From: Ginglymostoma cirratum
Taxonomy: Eukaryota
DNA length: 64,000 bases
Reading direction: 5' to 3'
Assembly: GCA_024137785.1 (NCBI GenBank)
Contig: JAHRHZ010000016.1
Span: 46,976,936-47,040,935, forward strand
This document shows positions 1 through 12,325 of the stretch, one piece after another. Position numbers and translations under genes: made by a program. The notes below the pieces were generated by a model that worked only from the letters and a program-made list of their open reading frames with translations, was not told where the DNA came from and searched no databases. The stretch's first letter is position 1. Every line of letters starts with the position of its first letter.

Positions 1-225
1 AAAAAAACGTTGAACAATGAGATAGGCCAAATTAAACATATCTGTATTGTAATATGATTCTATAAATAAAAGGCTACAAAAACCTTTTGTTTTCGATTAT
101 CACCTTCAGCTCACAAACACAAATTTACAGTAGTATATCATGTACACATAAAGACCTATACTTGTTCAAAAAAAACTCTACAATACAAAACCGGTCCCAA
201 CCAGATGGGCCACAATTTTTTTTTG

Positions 226-443
226 AAAACCGAAAGAACTGCAGATGATGTAAATCAGGAACAAAAACAAAGTTGCTGGAAAAGCTCAGCAGGTCTGGCA
301 GCATCTGTGAAGAAAAAAACAGAGTTAACATTTTGGGTCTGGTGTTCTGAGGAGGGGTCACTGGACCTGAAAAGTTAACTCTGATTTTTTCTTCACAGAT
401 TCTGCCAGACCTGCTAAGCTTTTCAAGCAACTTTTTTTTTGTA
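226..443 (+). mobile_element. Short non-autonomous hairpin element (Penelope-terminus-derived) with degenerate hammerhead core and 15-bp TSD
   Basis: Inverted arms aaagttgctggaaaagctcagcaggtctggcagcatctgtgaagaaaa / ttttcttcacagattctgccagacctgctaagcttttcaagcaacttt. Core CTGAGGA-G-GGGTC-ACTG-GACCT-GAAA at 347-372. Identical flanking direct repeat cacaatttttttttg at 211-225 and 444-458. Confidence 0.8.
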
Positions 444-573
444 CACAATTTTTTTTTGCTGTCCTATATTCTAAAACATTGTTAAAGTCCAAATAAAATT
501 CAGGTCACAACAAAAATAGTACAGTAATGAAAATCACTGAAACTAGATACCAGGACTAAAAGATTCATTCTCT

Positions 574-606
574 TTAAATGACTTAAATGTCATTTAAGTC
601 ATTTAA
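574..606. repeat. Perfect 16-bp inverted repeat with 1-nt spacer
   Basis: ttaaatgacttaaatg-t-catttaagtcatttaa. Confidence 0.9.
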
Positions 607-1129
607 GTGAGGCACAAAATAAAGTGACTAAACAGATGCTCAAGTCTTTTGTTGCTTCTATCAACTGGTTGGCGCGAAAGTCATCATCATGTAACCAATC
701 AGAGACCTATTATTCACAAAATGTGTGCAAAAAGATCTCTGTATTTGATCCTTATGGTTTTCCCCGTATTGAAGTTTTTTTTTGTAAATTGTAAGTCAGA
801 GTTCGACTCTGTATTCAATATCATAACAACTAGTCACCTTCCTCTGTTAATCCCAAATATATCCCCTGATAAAAAGTATAAATGCCTTTCTCAATCTGTA
901 TTTCTTCCCATCACATCCCTAATGAGCACTTCAGACTATCTTAAAAGCTGAACCAGCCACTTCTGCCGCATTCTGCTTTAAATTCATGTTGACAGCTTTA
1001 ACCTTCATCTTGGGCTGGTGATACATGGACAATGCTTGCTGTGAGACATGGCTAACTGACTGTGGTGCTTGGGTTTACCGTTGCCACATTTAGCCTGCTG
1101 CTGGTCAGTTTTAACCTTTTACCATTGCT

Positions 1130-1460
1130 TGAAACAACTTGTATTCATATATTATCTTTAATGTGTAATAAAAGATCCCCATGTTGCTTCTTAGGATGAA
1201 AATTAGAACAAAATTAGCCACAGGAGGTGATTTTTGGGCTGATGGTCAAAGCTCGACCAAAGGGTTTTTTTTTAATGAGTATCTTAAAGGAGGGAAGTAA
1301 GGTAGAGAGAGTTAGTTAGAGAATTCCAGAGTTTATGGCGTACATAGAAAACTGAAGGCACAGCCACACTTGGAGCAATTTGGGAATGCTCAAGATCCCA
1401 GAATTAAATGATGCATATATTTTGGACTTTTGTAGGACTGGAGGAGCTCACAAGGCCAGC
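1130..1460 (-). mobile_element. L2-like LINE 3' end, decayed
   Basis: Reverse complement resembles the L2-type 3' end at 37900-38150 (tggaattc...ctccttaa...gaccaagctttt...aagttgtt). Confidence 0.5.
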
Positions 1461-2579
1461 ACTTAAATACCCGACGTATAAAGGCTTATTCACCCAGTCT
1501 CTTCTTTCAACCTGCACTTAAACATTGGCCTACTCCCACCAACAATCTGGGAATCTGACGATACATGATCTATTGTGGGGGAGCAGCACTTAACAGCCTT
1601 TATGAATGATAGTGTGAAAAATCATGAGTTTTCACGTGGCATGAGAACATGAGTGAGGTTTCATTTCACTTTGTAACTGTCTTTCACAATAAATGTGAGA
1701 CAGTTGGCATGTCTGAATATGTGTGTTTGCTAGATGATTAGCACTAATGCTGGATGAGTGTCTTCTTATCTATTTTGATTTACAAACCTTGGCTTAAAAA
1801 TGTGAGCTATTTTTATGAGTGTCACTCCTGCAAATGAGCACAGCTCCATTTGTTTAAATGACTTCTCTCTCTGTTTTACCAACTTGGATTGCAAAAATGA
1901 TTGTCAACTTACAACTGTCAAAATACCAGCTTGGGTTCTGAGAAAGTTTTATTCAAGATGGAATGTTAACTCTGTTTCTGTTGCCAAGTCATGGTCACAC
2001 CGCTAAATTTACGCTATGATTTGGCTGGAGGCCAGAAACTTAAAGTAGACAAAGAGTGTGATTCCAGGTTTATACTATGTGAATAAAGCTACAAAATTTC
2101 ATGTTTTTAAACTAATGACAATAACCTTATAATTCAGTGTATAAAATATATACAGTATTGTTAATGTTGAGATGTTAGAATGAAGCAACAAGAGCGTAAG
2201 ATTTTAGGTTTTAACCTTCACTTCAACTTTAATTGTAAGATATAGGTCAATTGCAATGATAATCAGACATGTTCTGACATACCTCTAGTAGATGGGACTA
2301 GAATGTGGATCTTCTGGCCCAGAGGTTGGAACGCTACCATTGTGTAACAAGACCCTCTAAAGTACAATTATAGATTGAGTTGAGAGTGCTCATCTAAAGG
2401 TCTACTACTCCAGATTAGTTGTTAAGATCCTTTCCAGATGCAGCCGCTTAATAGCTTTTCACCTAGCCCAGAGTTACAATCGCTTGAAGCATAAACCACC
2501 ATAAACCTTACTTTTGACCTGGGCCGTAATGTTATTCTTCCCTATATAAACAATTTTAAGCAGAATATAATTTAGTATT

Positions 2580-3475
2580 AGAGAAATGGTGGAGGAACCT
2601 AATAGGTACTTTGCATGAGTCTTCATGGTGGAAGATACCAGTATCATATCAGAACTTCAAGGGGGCAGAGTGAATGTTGCGGTCATCACTAAAGAGAGAG
2701 TGCTGGGAAAACTGAAATGTCTGAAGATGCATAAAACATCTGCACCTTATGGACTGCACACCAGAGTTCTGATGGAGATAGCTAAAGCAATCGTGGAAGC
2801 ATTGGTGGCGATCTTTCAGGAACCACTGGAGTCAGGGAAGGTCCCAGAGGACTAGAAAATGCTAATGTAATACTCCTGTTTAAGATGGGAGGGAGGCAGA
2901 AGATGGGAGATGACAGACTGGTTAGCCTAAACTTGGTTGTTGGTTAGATTTTAAAGTCTGCTAATAAGGATAAGACTACAGAGTACTTGGAAGTCCATGG
3001 TAAAATAGGGCTGAGTCAGCATGGCATTATGAAGGGGAGGTCATGCCTGACAAATCTGTCAAAAGGCTTTGAGGAGGTAACAAGCAAATTATACAAAGGA
3101 GAGGGAGTGGATATGATCTATTTGGATTTCCAGAAGGCCTTTGATAAGGTGCTGCACGGGAGTTAAGAAGGATGGGGGAGAGGGGGTGGGGTTTCTCATT
3201 GAAACTTAAGAGGCCTGAGTAGAGTGGACGCGGAGAAGAATTTTCCACTAGTAGGAGAGACCAGGACCTGAGGGCACTGCTTCAGATCGAAAGCATGACC
3301 CTTTAGAACTGAGAAATTTCTTTAGCCAGAGTGTGGTGAATCTGTGGAATTCATTGCTGTAGAGGGCTGTGGAGGCCAAGTCACTGAGTGTATTTAAAAC
3401 AGAGGTAGATAGGTTCTTGATTGGTAATGGGGTCAATGGTTAACAGGAGAAGGCAAAAGAATACGGTTGAGAAAT
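2580..3475 (+). mobile_element. CR1 LINE fragment (ORF2/RT, internally deleted); its 3' end resumes at ~4710-4775
   Basis: Translated pieces GLHTRVLMEIAKAIVEALVAIFQEPLESGKVPED and ...YLDFQKAFDKV; CR1-type 3' segment gtggtgaatctgtggaattc. Confidence 0.85.
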
Positions 3476-3479
3476 ATAT

Positions 3480-4708
3480 ATTTTTGAATAAGCAATGAAA
3501 AGGATTAATGAAGGCAAAGTGGTGAACATGATCTAGATGGACTTCAGTAAGGCATTCAAGAAGGTTCTGCATTGTAGACTGGTTAGCAAGGTTAGCTCAC
3601 ATGGAATATAGAACTAGCCATTTGGATACAGAATTAACTTAATGATAGGAGACAGAGTGTGGTGATGGAGGGTTTTTTTTGGACTGGAGGCCTGTGACCA
3701 GCCTCAAGTATCGGTATTGGGTCCACTGCTTAGTCATCATTTATATAAATGATTTGGATGTGAACATAGGAGGTATGGTTAGTAATTTTTCAGATGACAA
3801 CCAAAATTGGTGGTTTCGTGGACAGCCGAGAAGGTTACCTCAGATGACAATGGGATCTTGATAAGATGGGCTGGTGGGCCGAGGTGTTACAGACAAGAGT
3901 TTAATTTAGATAAATGTGAGGTACTGCATTTTGGAAAGGCAAATCAGGGCAGCACTTATACACTTCATGGTATTGTTGCTGAGGGTGTTGCTGAACAAAG
4001 AGACCTTGGAGCACAGGTTCATAGTTCTTTGAAAGTAGAGTCACAGATAGGTAGGATAGTGAAGAAGGTGTTTGGTATGCTTGCCTTTATTGGTCAGTGC
4101 ATTGAGTATAGGACTTAGGAGGTCATGTTCTGGTTGGTTGAACATTGGTTAGGCCACTTTTGGAAACCTGCATGCATTTCTGATCTCTCTGCTATAGGAA
4201 GGATGTTGTGAAACTTGAAAGGGTTCAGAAAAGATTTACGAGGATGTTGCCAGGGTTGGAGGGCTTGAGCTATAGGGAGAGGCTGAATAGGCTGGGGTTA
4301 TTTTCCCTGGAGGGCCAGAGTCTGAGGGGTGACCTTATAGAAGTTTATAAAATCATGAGGGCTATGGATAAGAGGAATAGACAAGGTCTTTTCCCTGGGG
4401 TAGTGGAGTCCAAAACTAGAGGGCATAAGTTTGAGGTGAGAGGGGAGAGATTTAAAAGGTACCTAAGGGGCAATTTTTTCACGCAGAGGATGGTGCATGT
4501 ATGGAATGGGATGCCAGAGGAAGTGGTAGAGGCTGGTACAATTACAACATTTAAAAGGCATCTGGATGGGTAAATGAATAGGAAAGGTTTAGAGGGATAT
4601 AGGCCAAATGCTGGGAAATGGGACTAGATTAATTTAAGATATCTGGTTGACATGGATGATTTGGACTGAAGGGTCTGTTTCCATGCTGTACAGCTCTGCG
4701 ACTCTGTA
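3480..4708 (+). mobile_element. CR1 LINE 3' portion (RT C-terminus and 3' UTR) nested in an older CR1
   Basis: ORFs 3807-4118 (FNLDKCEVLHFG) and 4208-4573 (LERVQKRFTRMLPGL...LRGDLIEVYKIM); ends in ctctgcgactctg tail. Confidence 0.9.
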
Positions 4709-5664
4709 AACATGATCGAATGATGAGCAGGCTCAGTAGACCAGAAGGCCTGATACTGCTCCTTTATCTTATGGTACTAATATATAGTTAATTCCTCACT
4801 TGTTTAATCAAGTCACAATTATTGAAAACTAACTCAAACCTACATGGGTTGCAGACTAATTGTGTTTGAGCACATCACGTAGCAACTACAATCAGATTGC
4901 GCAGATTCTCAGCAATTTACCCCCTACCTAGTCAAGATTAGGGACACTGAAGAACACCAGATCTCATTAAAATTTGGAATCTGCATTCTAGCACTTGCTA
5001 TCAGGATCAATTGCAACTTTTCACAGATAGCTTCACCAAGTTAGCATTGCTACTGAAATTTTTTGAGTTTTAAGTTCGCTCAGCTGTGCAAAGCAAATAC
5101 TATTTCCGGGGTTTTCAACCACCATCTTCAGCTAGAGTGAGGTATTAATTGACTGCAACTTTATTCCGAGGTCCTCAGTTTCCAGGACATTCCAGAGCAC
5201 TGACTCCAACATTGTGCTGCTCAGAATTATCCAATGTTCTGCCGGACTTTTCTCTGAGCTTCACAATACAGAAAGAGCAGTGTTCTCAACATCAGATTTC
5301 TCATGGACCCTGCTTTTGGCGCTCTTACTCACTCTCTAACCACATGAAACTCTTGAATTCTTGAAACCCATGAAATATTCTGAGCGACTCATTGCAACAA
5401 GCCTGATCTTGTTCCTTGGCAGGACTGAATTTTAAATATTGGAACTCAAATGAAGAAAGTGCTTGGACCTGTCTATTCCCGCAATGTTCACTACCTGCTG
5501 GGGTACACTGGGAATAACAGTGCTCTTATGCCAGGAGACCGGGGTTTACACCCCACCTGCTCCAGAAGTGTGTCTCTGAACAGGCAGAATAGAAAATATT
5601 TAGATAAAAGAGAGGATTTCATCACATTCTCTCCACAGCTGCTGTCTGACCTTTCTTCATTATT

Positions 5665-5755
5665 ATTATTAATTCACAAGATGAGCACATCGCTGGCTGG
5701 GCCAATTGTCTATCCCTAATTGCCCAGGGGGCAGTTAAGAGTCAACCACCTTGTC
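5665..5755 (-). mobile_element. 3' fragment of Deu-domain SINE
   Basis: catcgctggctgggcc...atccctaattgcccagggggcagttaagagtcaacca matches the copy at 40675-40740. Confidence 0.7.
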
Positions 5756-5899
5756 GTTGCTGAGAAATTCCTGGTTACTTATTTTTTGTATATTTAAACA
5801 TCTGCTTTAATATGACAGTAAATATAACCAAATGCGTAGGAATATGAACTGCAGTTCTTTTAAAATAAAAAAATTCTGCTTTGATTCATTCCTCTTGCA

Positions 5900-6500
5900 G
5901 AGGCGATGATGTCCTGCCCGGAACCTTTCTCCAGGAAAGGCGTTGTGCGGGCTGGAGGGATGGTTTTGGGTAACGGTTCCCACCTGCCGGCGGATGAGAG
6001 AAGCGGCGGGATACTGTGCTGGTTTCCTGTTTCCGCTTGTTTCTCCCACTCTAACAATGGTGGTAACGGTGTGAGCGGCCCGACCCGAACGGATCGAACT
6101 CGACGTGAGCAGGTGAGGGCTCCCGGGGACGGAGGGCTCTCTTGGCCGGGGGCTGGCAGATCGGAGTTGGCGGCGCCTTTTGATTTCTTCCCGCCCTTCT
6201 TTCACCTCCCTGTCGCCGGTCGTGCACACCCTGCGGAGTACGGCAGCTTGTGAACAGGCCGGTGGGGAACCGGCCTCGGGGAAAGGCCCAGGCTCTGCGG
6301 CCTAATCCCAGCCAGAGCGGAGGGGGGCGGGGATAAGACGGCCGGTGAGGGTTTAACCTCCCCCCCCCTCCAATATCCCATGTTTTCCCCCAAACTCCGG
6401 GCCGCTCATTCTTCCCGCCGGTTTACAAAAAAATCCCTTTTTTATTAAAAAAGATCAGCGCCTTCTGAAACAGCCCCCTTCTCAGCGCAATTACTTCAGA
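5900..6500 (+). promoter_or_regulatory. CpG-island promoter of RLIM
   Basis: Only extended GC/CpG-rich block outside coding sequence in the window. Tandem ETS-like tttcctgtttccgc at ~6023-6036, Sp1-like gggggcgggg at ~6323-6332, no TATA box evident. Confidence 0.8.
6020..6112 (+). other. RLIM: Putative non-coding exon 1 of RLIM (5' boundary uncertain)
   Basis: Strong donor CAG|GTGAGG at 6112/6113 inside the CpG island. Vertebrate RLIM has a non-coding first exon. The TSS cannot be determined from sequence. Confidence 0.6.
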
Positions 6501-8014
6501 TAAAATCACCAGGTGTGTCCATATTTTTAAAGCCTGATTACGCCAGGTTTGTTTTCTTTTTGGTTGGGTCACTTTCTTTTTTTTTGTCTTGATGAAATTA
6601 TTTGAAGCTAATTTAGTATTTTCTCCTGTGTCACTGCCTGCCCTTAGAACTATGGGAGGGAGTGGTGGAGGGAAGGATGAGTTTTTTTTAAGCTAACACG
6701 GTTCGTCAACAGGTTCAGTTTCGTGTCTTAGTGCGAATTTATTTTTGTTCCCTCCTTTTGCCCCTCACTGTCGCCCTGGTAATAATCACCGATTGAATAC
6801 AATAGAAATCTGGCGCATTACGATCTTGGTGATTGCGTAACTGGCTTTATGTAGGTCAATAGTGCGATATAGCAGAAGATAGAAATGCACTGGTACTTTG
6901 AAACAAATAGATGCTTTTGAGCGATGTCTTGAAGCTTCCTTCTTTCTCAGGTTGGTGTACGTTTGGACTTAAAAGTGGGATATTAATGGAGACGACTTAC
7001 ATAAAACAGAGGCATTCATTACTTTTGGTGTGAAGTTTACTGATATTACGAAATGCTTTGCAATATAATTAATTGAGAATATGTCTGATATTTGCAAAAT
7101 GAAAACTTCAATGCACAAATTGTTCTGTTTTATTGACCTTTTTTTCCCAAGCTTGAGGATACGCTAACCATAGAGCTAAGATTGATATGTACAAGAAACG
7201 TGGAATTTGGGCACGTACTGTGGAGTAATTCAAACTTTCCGACTGGTTGCCTTTGAATTTATCTCAACTTTTTCAAAAAAAAATCAAACTGTATCTCCCT
7301 TTTACACATGCTCTTTGTTACAGAGGTAATAAAGATTTTTGTCGATCTTCGGTTGCCATTTCTTCCATCTTAGCTCAGTGATTTGTAAGTTACATCATCA
7401 ACAGTGACAGCTGACTTGCGCGTTGGGTGATGAATGTACAGTACTAAGAATTCTTTATTTAGAATAGGTGTAAATTTGTAGTTTTTAATTCTACCTGGGT
7501 GTAAGTGTATATTGATTTCCTTGTACTTGATCAAAAAGTGACCAGTGATTCTTATTGTTCCCCATGGTTATCTTTACAAATTTAACAATCTGTTTTCTGT
7601 ATGTTTTTCAGTACCCTGCAATAATGGTGCACAGTGTTACGGGTTATTCATTTGGTAGGATGTCTTACAGACTTTCTTGACAGGAGATAGGTCAAATCTT
7701 TGACCTCTGAACTTTTCAGGATCTCAGGGTCCTCTTGATTTTCCAGTAATTCAAGTTAGTCAAGTGTAGGTGTAAGGTTTTCTTTTTATCTTGCTACTTT
7801 TTCTTTCTTGGAATTTTCATTTTTGTTGAATCATTGTCTATGCCAGTGGGTAAGAGATTCTTGCAGAATCCTTTTTCCTGATGTTTGCTTTTAATATGTG
7901 AGATAGGATAAAAATTGGGAAATGTAACAGAAGAAAATTCAATAAATTGGTGGTAGTTTTTCTTCCCTTTTAAAAATGATTGAAGAATTCCATGAATGGG
8001 TGAACTGAAAAAGA

Positions 8015-8170
8015 AAATAAAACGTATCTGCAGACGTTGGAGATATGAAACAAAAACAGAAATTTCTGGCAAAACTCAGCAGGTCTGACTAATTATAAGT
8101 CCAGACTCAAAATGTTAACTTGGCTTTCTCCCCGCAGATGTTGCCAGACCTGCTAAGCTTCAGTTTTTGG
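8015..8170. mobile_element. Decayed hairpin element of the same superfamily as 226-443
   Basis: aaaactcagcaggtctg ... cagatgttgccagacctgctaagctt inverted arms. Confidence 0.65.
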
Positions 8171-8211
8171 ATTGTAAAATTTGGCAGCTGGGCAATTCAA
8201 CACTTTGGTTG

Positions 8212-9098
8212 TAGAGTCATAGAGCTGTACAGCATGGAAACAGACGCTTTGGTCCAGTGAGTCCATGCCAACCAGATAATCCAGTCCCTTTTGCCAGCAT
8301 TTGGCCCATGTCCCTCAATAAACCTTTCCGATTCATGTACCCATCCAGATGCATTTTAAATGTGACAGTTGTACCAGCGTCCACCACTTCCTCTGGCAGC
8401 TCATCCAGACATGTACCACCCTCTGTGTGAAAAAGGTGCCCCTTAGGTCCCTTTTAAATCTTTCCCCTCTCACCGTAAACCTATGCCCTCTAGTTCTGGA
8501 CTACCCTACCTTGGAGAAAACACTATTCACCCTATCCATGCCCCACATGATATTATAAACTTCTATAAGGTCGCCTCTCAGCCTCCAACGCTCCAGGGAA
8601 AATAGCCCTGGGCTATTCAGGTTCTCCCTATAGCTCAAGCCCTCCAACTGTGGCAATAACCTTGTAAATCTCTTCGGGACCCTTTCAAATTTCGCAACAT
8701 CCTTCCTATATCAGAGAGACCAGAATTGAATTCCGTATTCCAAAAGTGGCCTAACCAATGTCCTGTACAGCCACAACATGACCTCTTAACTCCTTGTACT
8801 CAATGCACTGACCAATAAAGGCAAGCATGCCAGATGCTTTCATCACTATCCTTTATACCTGTGACTCCACTTTCAAGGAACTATGAACCTGCACTCCAAA
8901 GTCTCTTTGTTCAGCAACATTCCCCAGGACCTTGCCATTAAATGTATAAGTCTTGCTTTGATTTGCCTTTCCAAAATGCAACATTTCATATTTATCTAAA
9001 TTAAAACTCCATCTGTCACTCCTTGGCCCATCTGATCAATGTGCCGTTGTACTTTGAGGTAACCTTCCTCGCTGTGCACTACACTACCAATTTTGGTG
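8212..9098 (-). mobile_element. CR1 LINE 3' portion, same family as 3480-4708, inverted
   Basis: Begins tagagtcatagagctgtacagcatggaaacagac, the reverse complement of the tail at ~4675-4706; body is colinear. Confidence 0.9.
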
Positions 9099-9633
9099 TT
9101 GATTTTCCTTTGACAGGTTGGCCACATTTGTGATTTTGTCCTTTCATGAGATCGTGAAAACATAAGGATGTTTGAACTTCCTTTCTTGATCGCTATGTGT
9201 TGTCTATGTTCCACAGCTGCTGCAATAAGATGCTGAGAGGGTATATATATTAAAAATAGCTTCTTAGTTCTATGATTGAGCTTGATATTATTCCATGTAA
9301 TTTTGTTTTAAGAGTTGCCCAAAGATAGTAACTGTTTTCCCTATGGGTGTTGCATTGAGGGCAGATTTTCTGTCACCGATGAGCTCAACATAGCAGAATT
9401 TATTAACCAATTTCAGCAGGGCAATTCATCCCAGTATGTTGGCACTTGGGCAGAAGTGATTCTGAGGGCTTGGAGTTTGCAAATTGGAAGACACATTCCC
9501 ACGAATTTTTTGATATCAGAAGTGCCTGGAGCCAGAAGACCAGCGAGATGGCCAAAGCTGTCCTTCAAGAATTCTCGCAAGTGTGATGTGGTTTTTACAC
9601 TTGGAGTCAGAGGGAAATGGAAACTTTAGAGTA

Positions 9634-9845
9634 GAATAGAATCCCGACAGTGTGGAAACCGGCCATTCAGTCCAACAAGTCCACATCAACCCTCCGATGA
9701 GCGTCCCACCCAATCCCTGTAACTCTGCATTTCCTATGGCCAACACACCTAACCTACACATCCCTGGACACTATGGGCAGTTTAGCATGGATACTCCACC
9801 TAATTTGCGCATCTTTGGACTGTGGGAGGAAATCAGAGCACCCGG
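9634..9845 (-). mobile_element. HE1-like V-SINE (5' truncated)
   Basis: Reverse complement contains the V-domain ccgggtgctctgatttcctcccacagtccaaagatg...catgctaaactgcccatagtg followed by a CR1-like tail. Confidence 0.75.
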
Positions 9846-10114
9846 CTGAATTACTGCACAACCATTGTCTTGCGTAGATGGAAGGATGCCGCTGGCTACA
9901 AAATTGCATTATCCTAATCAGTGTGCAACATTGTGCAGAAAGATGACAAGTACAAGTGGAAAAAGGTGCAGTAGTTCAGTAGAGGAGGATGAAATCAGTC
10001 CACGGTAAGATTGAGAGATGTGCAGTCCATGGCTGGCTTCCTTTGTGTTGTTTTAATTTTGTCATTGTCCTCGTGAATCAGATTCATCTGAGGTGCTCTG
10101 TAGAAATTCGTCTA

Positions 10115-10425
10115 GTTCCTTCCAAACACACAACTGCCACCATCTCGAAGGGCAATGGCAGCAGATAATGAGAACACTGCCGCCTGTGTGTTCCACTCCA
10201 ACCTACTCGTTATCCCAAGTTGGAAATACATCACCATTCCTTAAGTATTACTGGGTCAAAATCTTGGAACTCCCTCTGTAACATCATTGTAAGTGTGCCT
10301 AAACCAAATGGATTGCAGTGGTTCAAGGAGGCAGCTCACCAGCATCCTCTCAAGGGCAACTAGGGGTGGGCAATAAATGCTGGCTCAGCCAGCAGAGCCC
10401 ATGTCCCATGTCCCATGAATACATT
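10115..10425 (+). mobile_element. 3' end of CR1/L2-group LINE sharing its tail with the Deu-SINE
   Basis: caagggcaactaggggtgggcaataaatgctggctcagccag tail; same as 29280-29360 and 52200-52280. Confidence 0.75.
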
Positions 10426-10528
10426 TTTAAAAATCTCAAAATTGATAATAGTCCTTCCAGATTCTGAAGTAGTATAATACCTGCTGTCTCAGTCATCTTT
10501 ATTAGTTCAAAATGAGTGGTATTTTGAG

Positions 10529-10778
10529 TCCTTGGGTCTTCTGCTGTTTATTTTTTTGGCCAATTTGTATGCCCCTTCCTTTGATCTAATACTGTTCCTA
10601 ATTTCCCTTGCTAGCTATGACTAGGCCACCTTTCTGGTTTTTATTTTTGTGTCAAGGAAGAACTGTTTCTTGGCTGAAATTCTAGTTGGTTTCTGTAGAC
10701 ACCCTGGTGCTTATCCACAATGTAGTTTTGTGAACGTCCACCAACAAATTAAGTTCAGATTGCCCAGAACTTTTTTGT
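10529..10778 (+). repeat. Local direct duplication, copy 1 (~250 bp)
   Basis: Colinear with 12326-12570, e.g. ccaatttgtatg.cccttcctttgatctaat ... tgtagttttgtgaa ... gttcagattgc. Confidence 0.85.
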
Positions 10779-11009
10779 GCTCTGATGTTTTAGTGCAGGG
10801 ACAAGCAATTTGGATTGGCCTGATTACACTTCTAAGTATTTGTTATTTCTCCCAACATTGAAACCTTTGGATCTACTTCTCCGGTTGAAATTCGTCACTG
10901 TTGAGAATGGAAACCTATAACACTTCCTGATTACAGAGTTGGTAATGCTGGTTTTGTCCATGTGATCCCAGTTATATCCTTTAACTACATAAAAGTATAT
11001 ATATATAAA

Positions 11010-12275
11010 TTTGTAGAGTAGACCATTTTGCTCCTCGATCCTGCTCTGTCATTCAATATGATCTTGATCATGATCATGGCTGTTCATCCAGCTCTGAAGC
11101 TTGTTCCCGTTTTCTCCCCAGGTCCTTTAGCCCTAAGAACTATGCCTAAATCCTCCTTGAAAGCATACAGTGTTAAGACTCAGCTGCCTTCTGTGGCAGA
11201 AAATTCCATAGGCTCATCATCACAATCCTAAATGGCCTACCCCATGTCCCTAAACTGTGATCCTTGCTGGATTCCTTGGTCTTGGGAACATGCTTGCTGC
11301 ATTTATCCTATCTCGTCCTGTTGGAATTTTATAGATTTCTGAGATCCCCTCATTTTTCTAAACTTCAGTGAATATAGTCCTAACTGTTTCAGTCTCTCTC
11401 CATGTCAGTCCCTCCACCCTAGGAATCAGTCTTGTAAATCCTTGTTGTACACCCTCCAACGCCAGAGCATTCTTCTTCAGATAGGAAGACCAGCACTGCA
11501 CACAGTACTCCACCTGTAGTCTCACCAAAGCTCTTGTACAAATGTAACAAGACATCAGTGCTCCTGTACTTGAATCCTCTGGCTGTGAAGGCCATTTGCT
11601 GCTTTGACCACCTGCTGGACCTGCATGTTTACCTTCAGTGATGTACATAATAACACCTATTGCACTCGTTGCAGTTCCCCCTCTTTTTGCTTCCAAGATT
11701 AATAACCTCATGTTTATCCACAATGTACTTCATCTATCATTGCACTTGCCCATCTACACAATTCATCCAAATCATGTTTTAGCATCTCTGCATTGTCCCC
11801 ACCATTGACTCAGCTTTGTATCGTATGCAAATATGGAGATATTACATTTAGGTCCTTCATCTAAATCATTAATACATATTGTGAATAGCAGGTGTCCAAG
11901 CATTGATCCCTGTTGTACCCACTATTCATGGTCTGCCATTTAGAAAAAAAATGATTTATTTCCTGTCTGCCAACCAGTTTTCTATCCTTATCAGTACACT
12001 GGTCCCAATCCCATGCACTTTAATTTTATATACTAATCCCATATGTGGAACCTTATCAAAAGCTTCTGGAAAGTCCAAGTAAACCACATGCACCGGCTTC
12101 TCCTTATCAATTCTACTGGTTATATACTTGGAAAAATTTCAGTAGCTTTGGCAAGCATGATTGCCCTTTCATAAGTACATGCTGTCTTTGTCTGATCCAG
12201 TCACTGTTTTCTAAGTGCTATGCTATTAAATCTTTTGTAGTGGATTCAACTATTTTCCCCACTACAGTTGTCTGC
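11010..12275 (-). mobile_element. CR1 LINE RT fragment
   Basis: ORF 11358-11723 (ALVRLQVEYCVQCWSSYLKKNALALEGVQQGFTRLIP). Confidence 0.85.
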
Positions 12276-12325
12276 ATGCTTTTAATCCCTATGTTGTCTT
12301 TCATTGAAATTTAAACTGCTCCCAA

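Noticed and set aside
226-443. pre-miRNA or DNA-transposon MITE interpretation of the hairpins
   Set aside because: Multi-copy, 15-bp TSD, asymmetric arms and an HHR core fit a PLE-derived element better.
5807-6393. ORFs of 63-140 aa over the CpG island on both strands
   Set aside because: Explained by stop-poor GC-rich promoter sequence; no recognisable domain and no splice connection to the RLIM frame.
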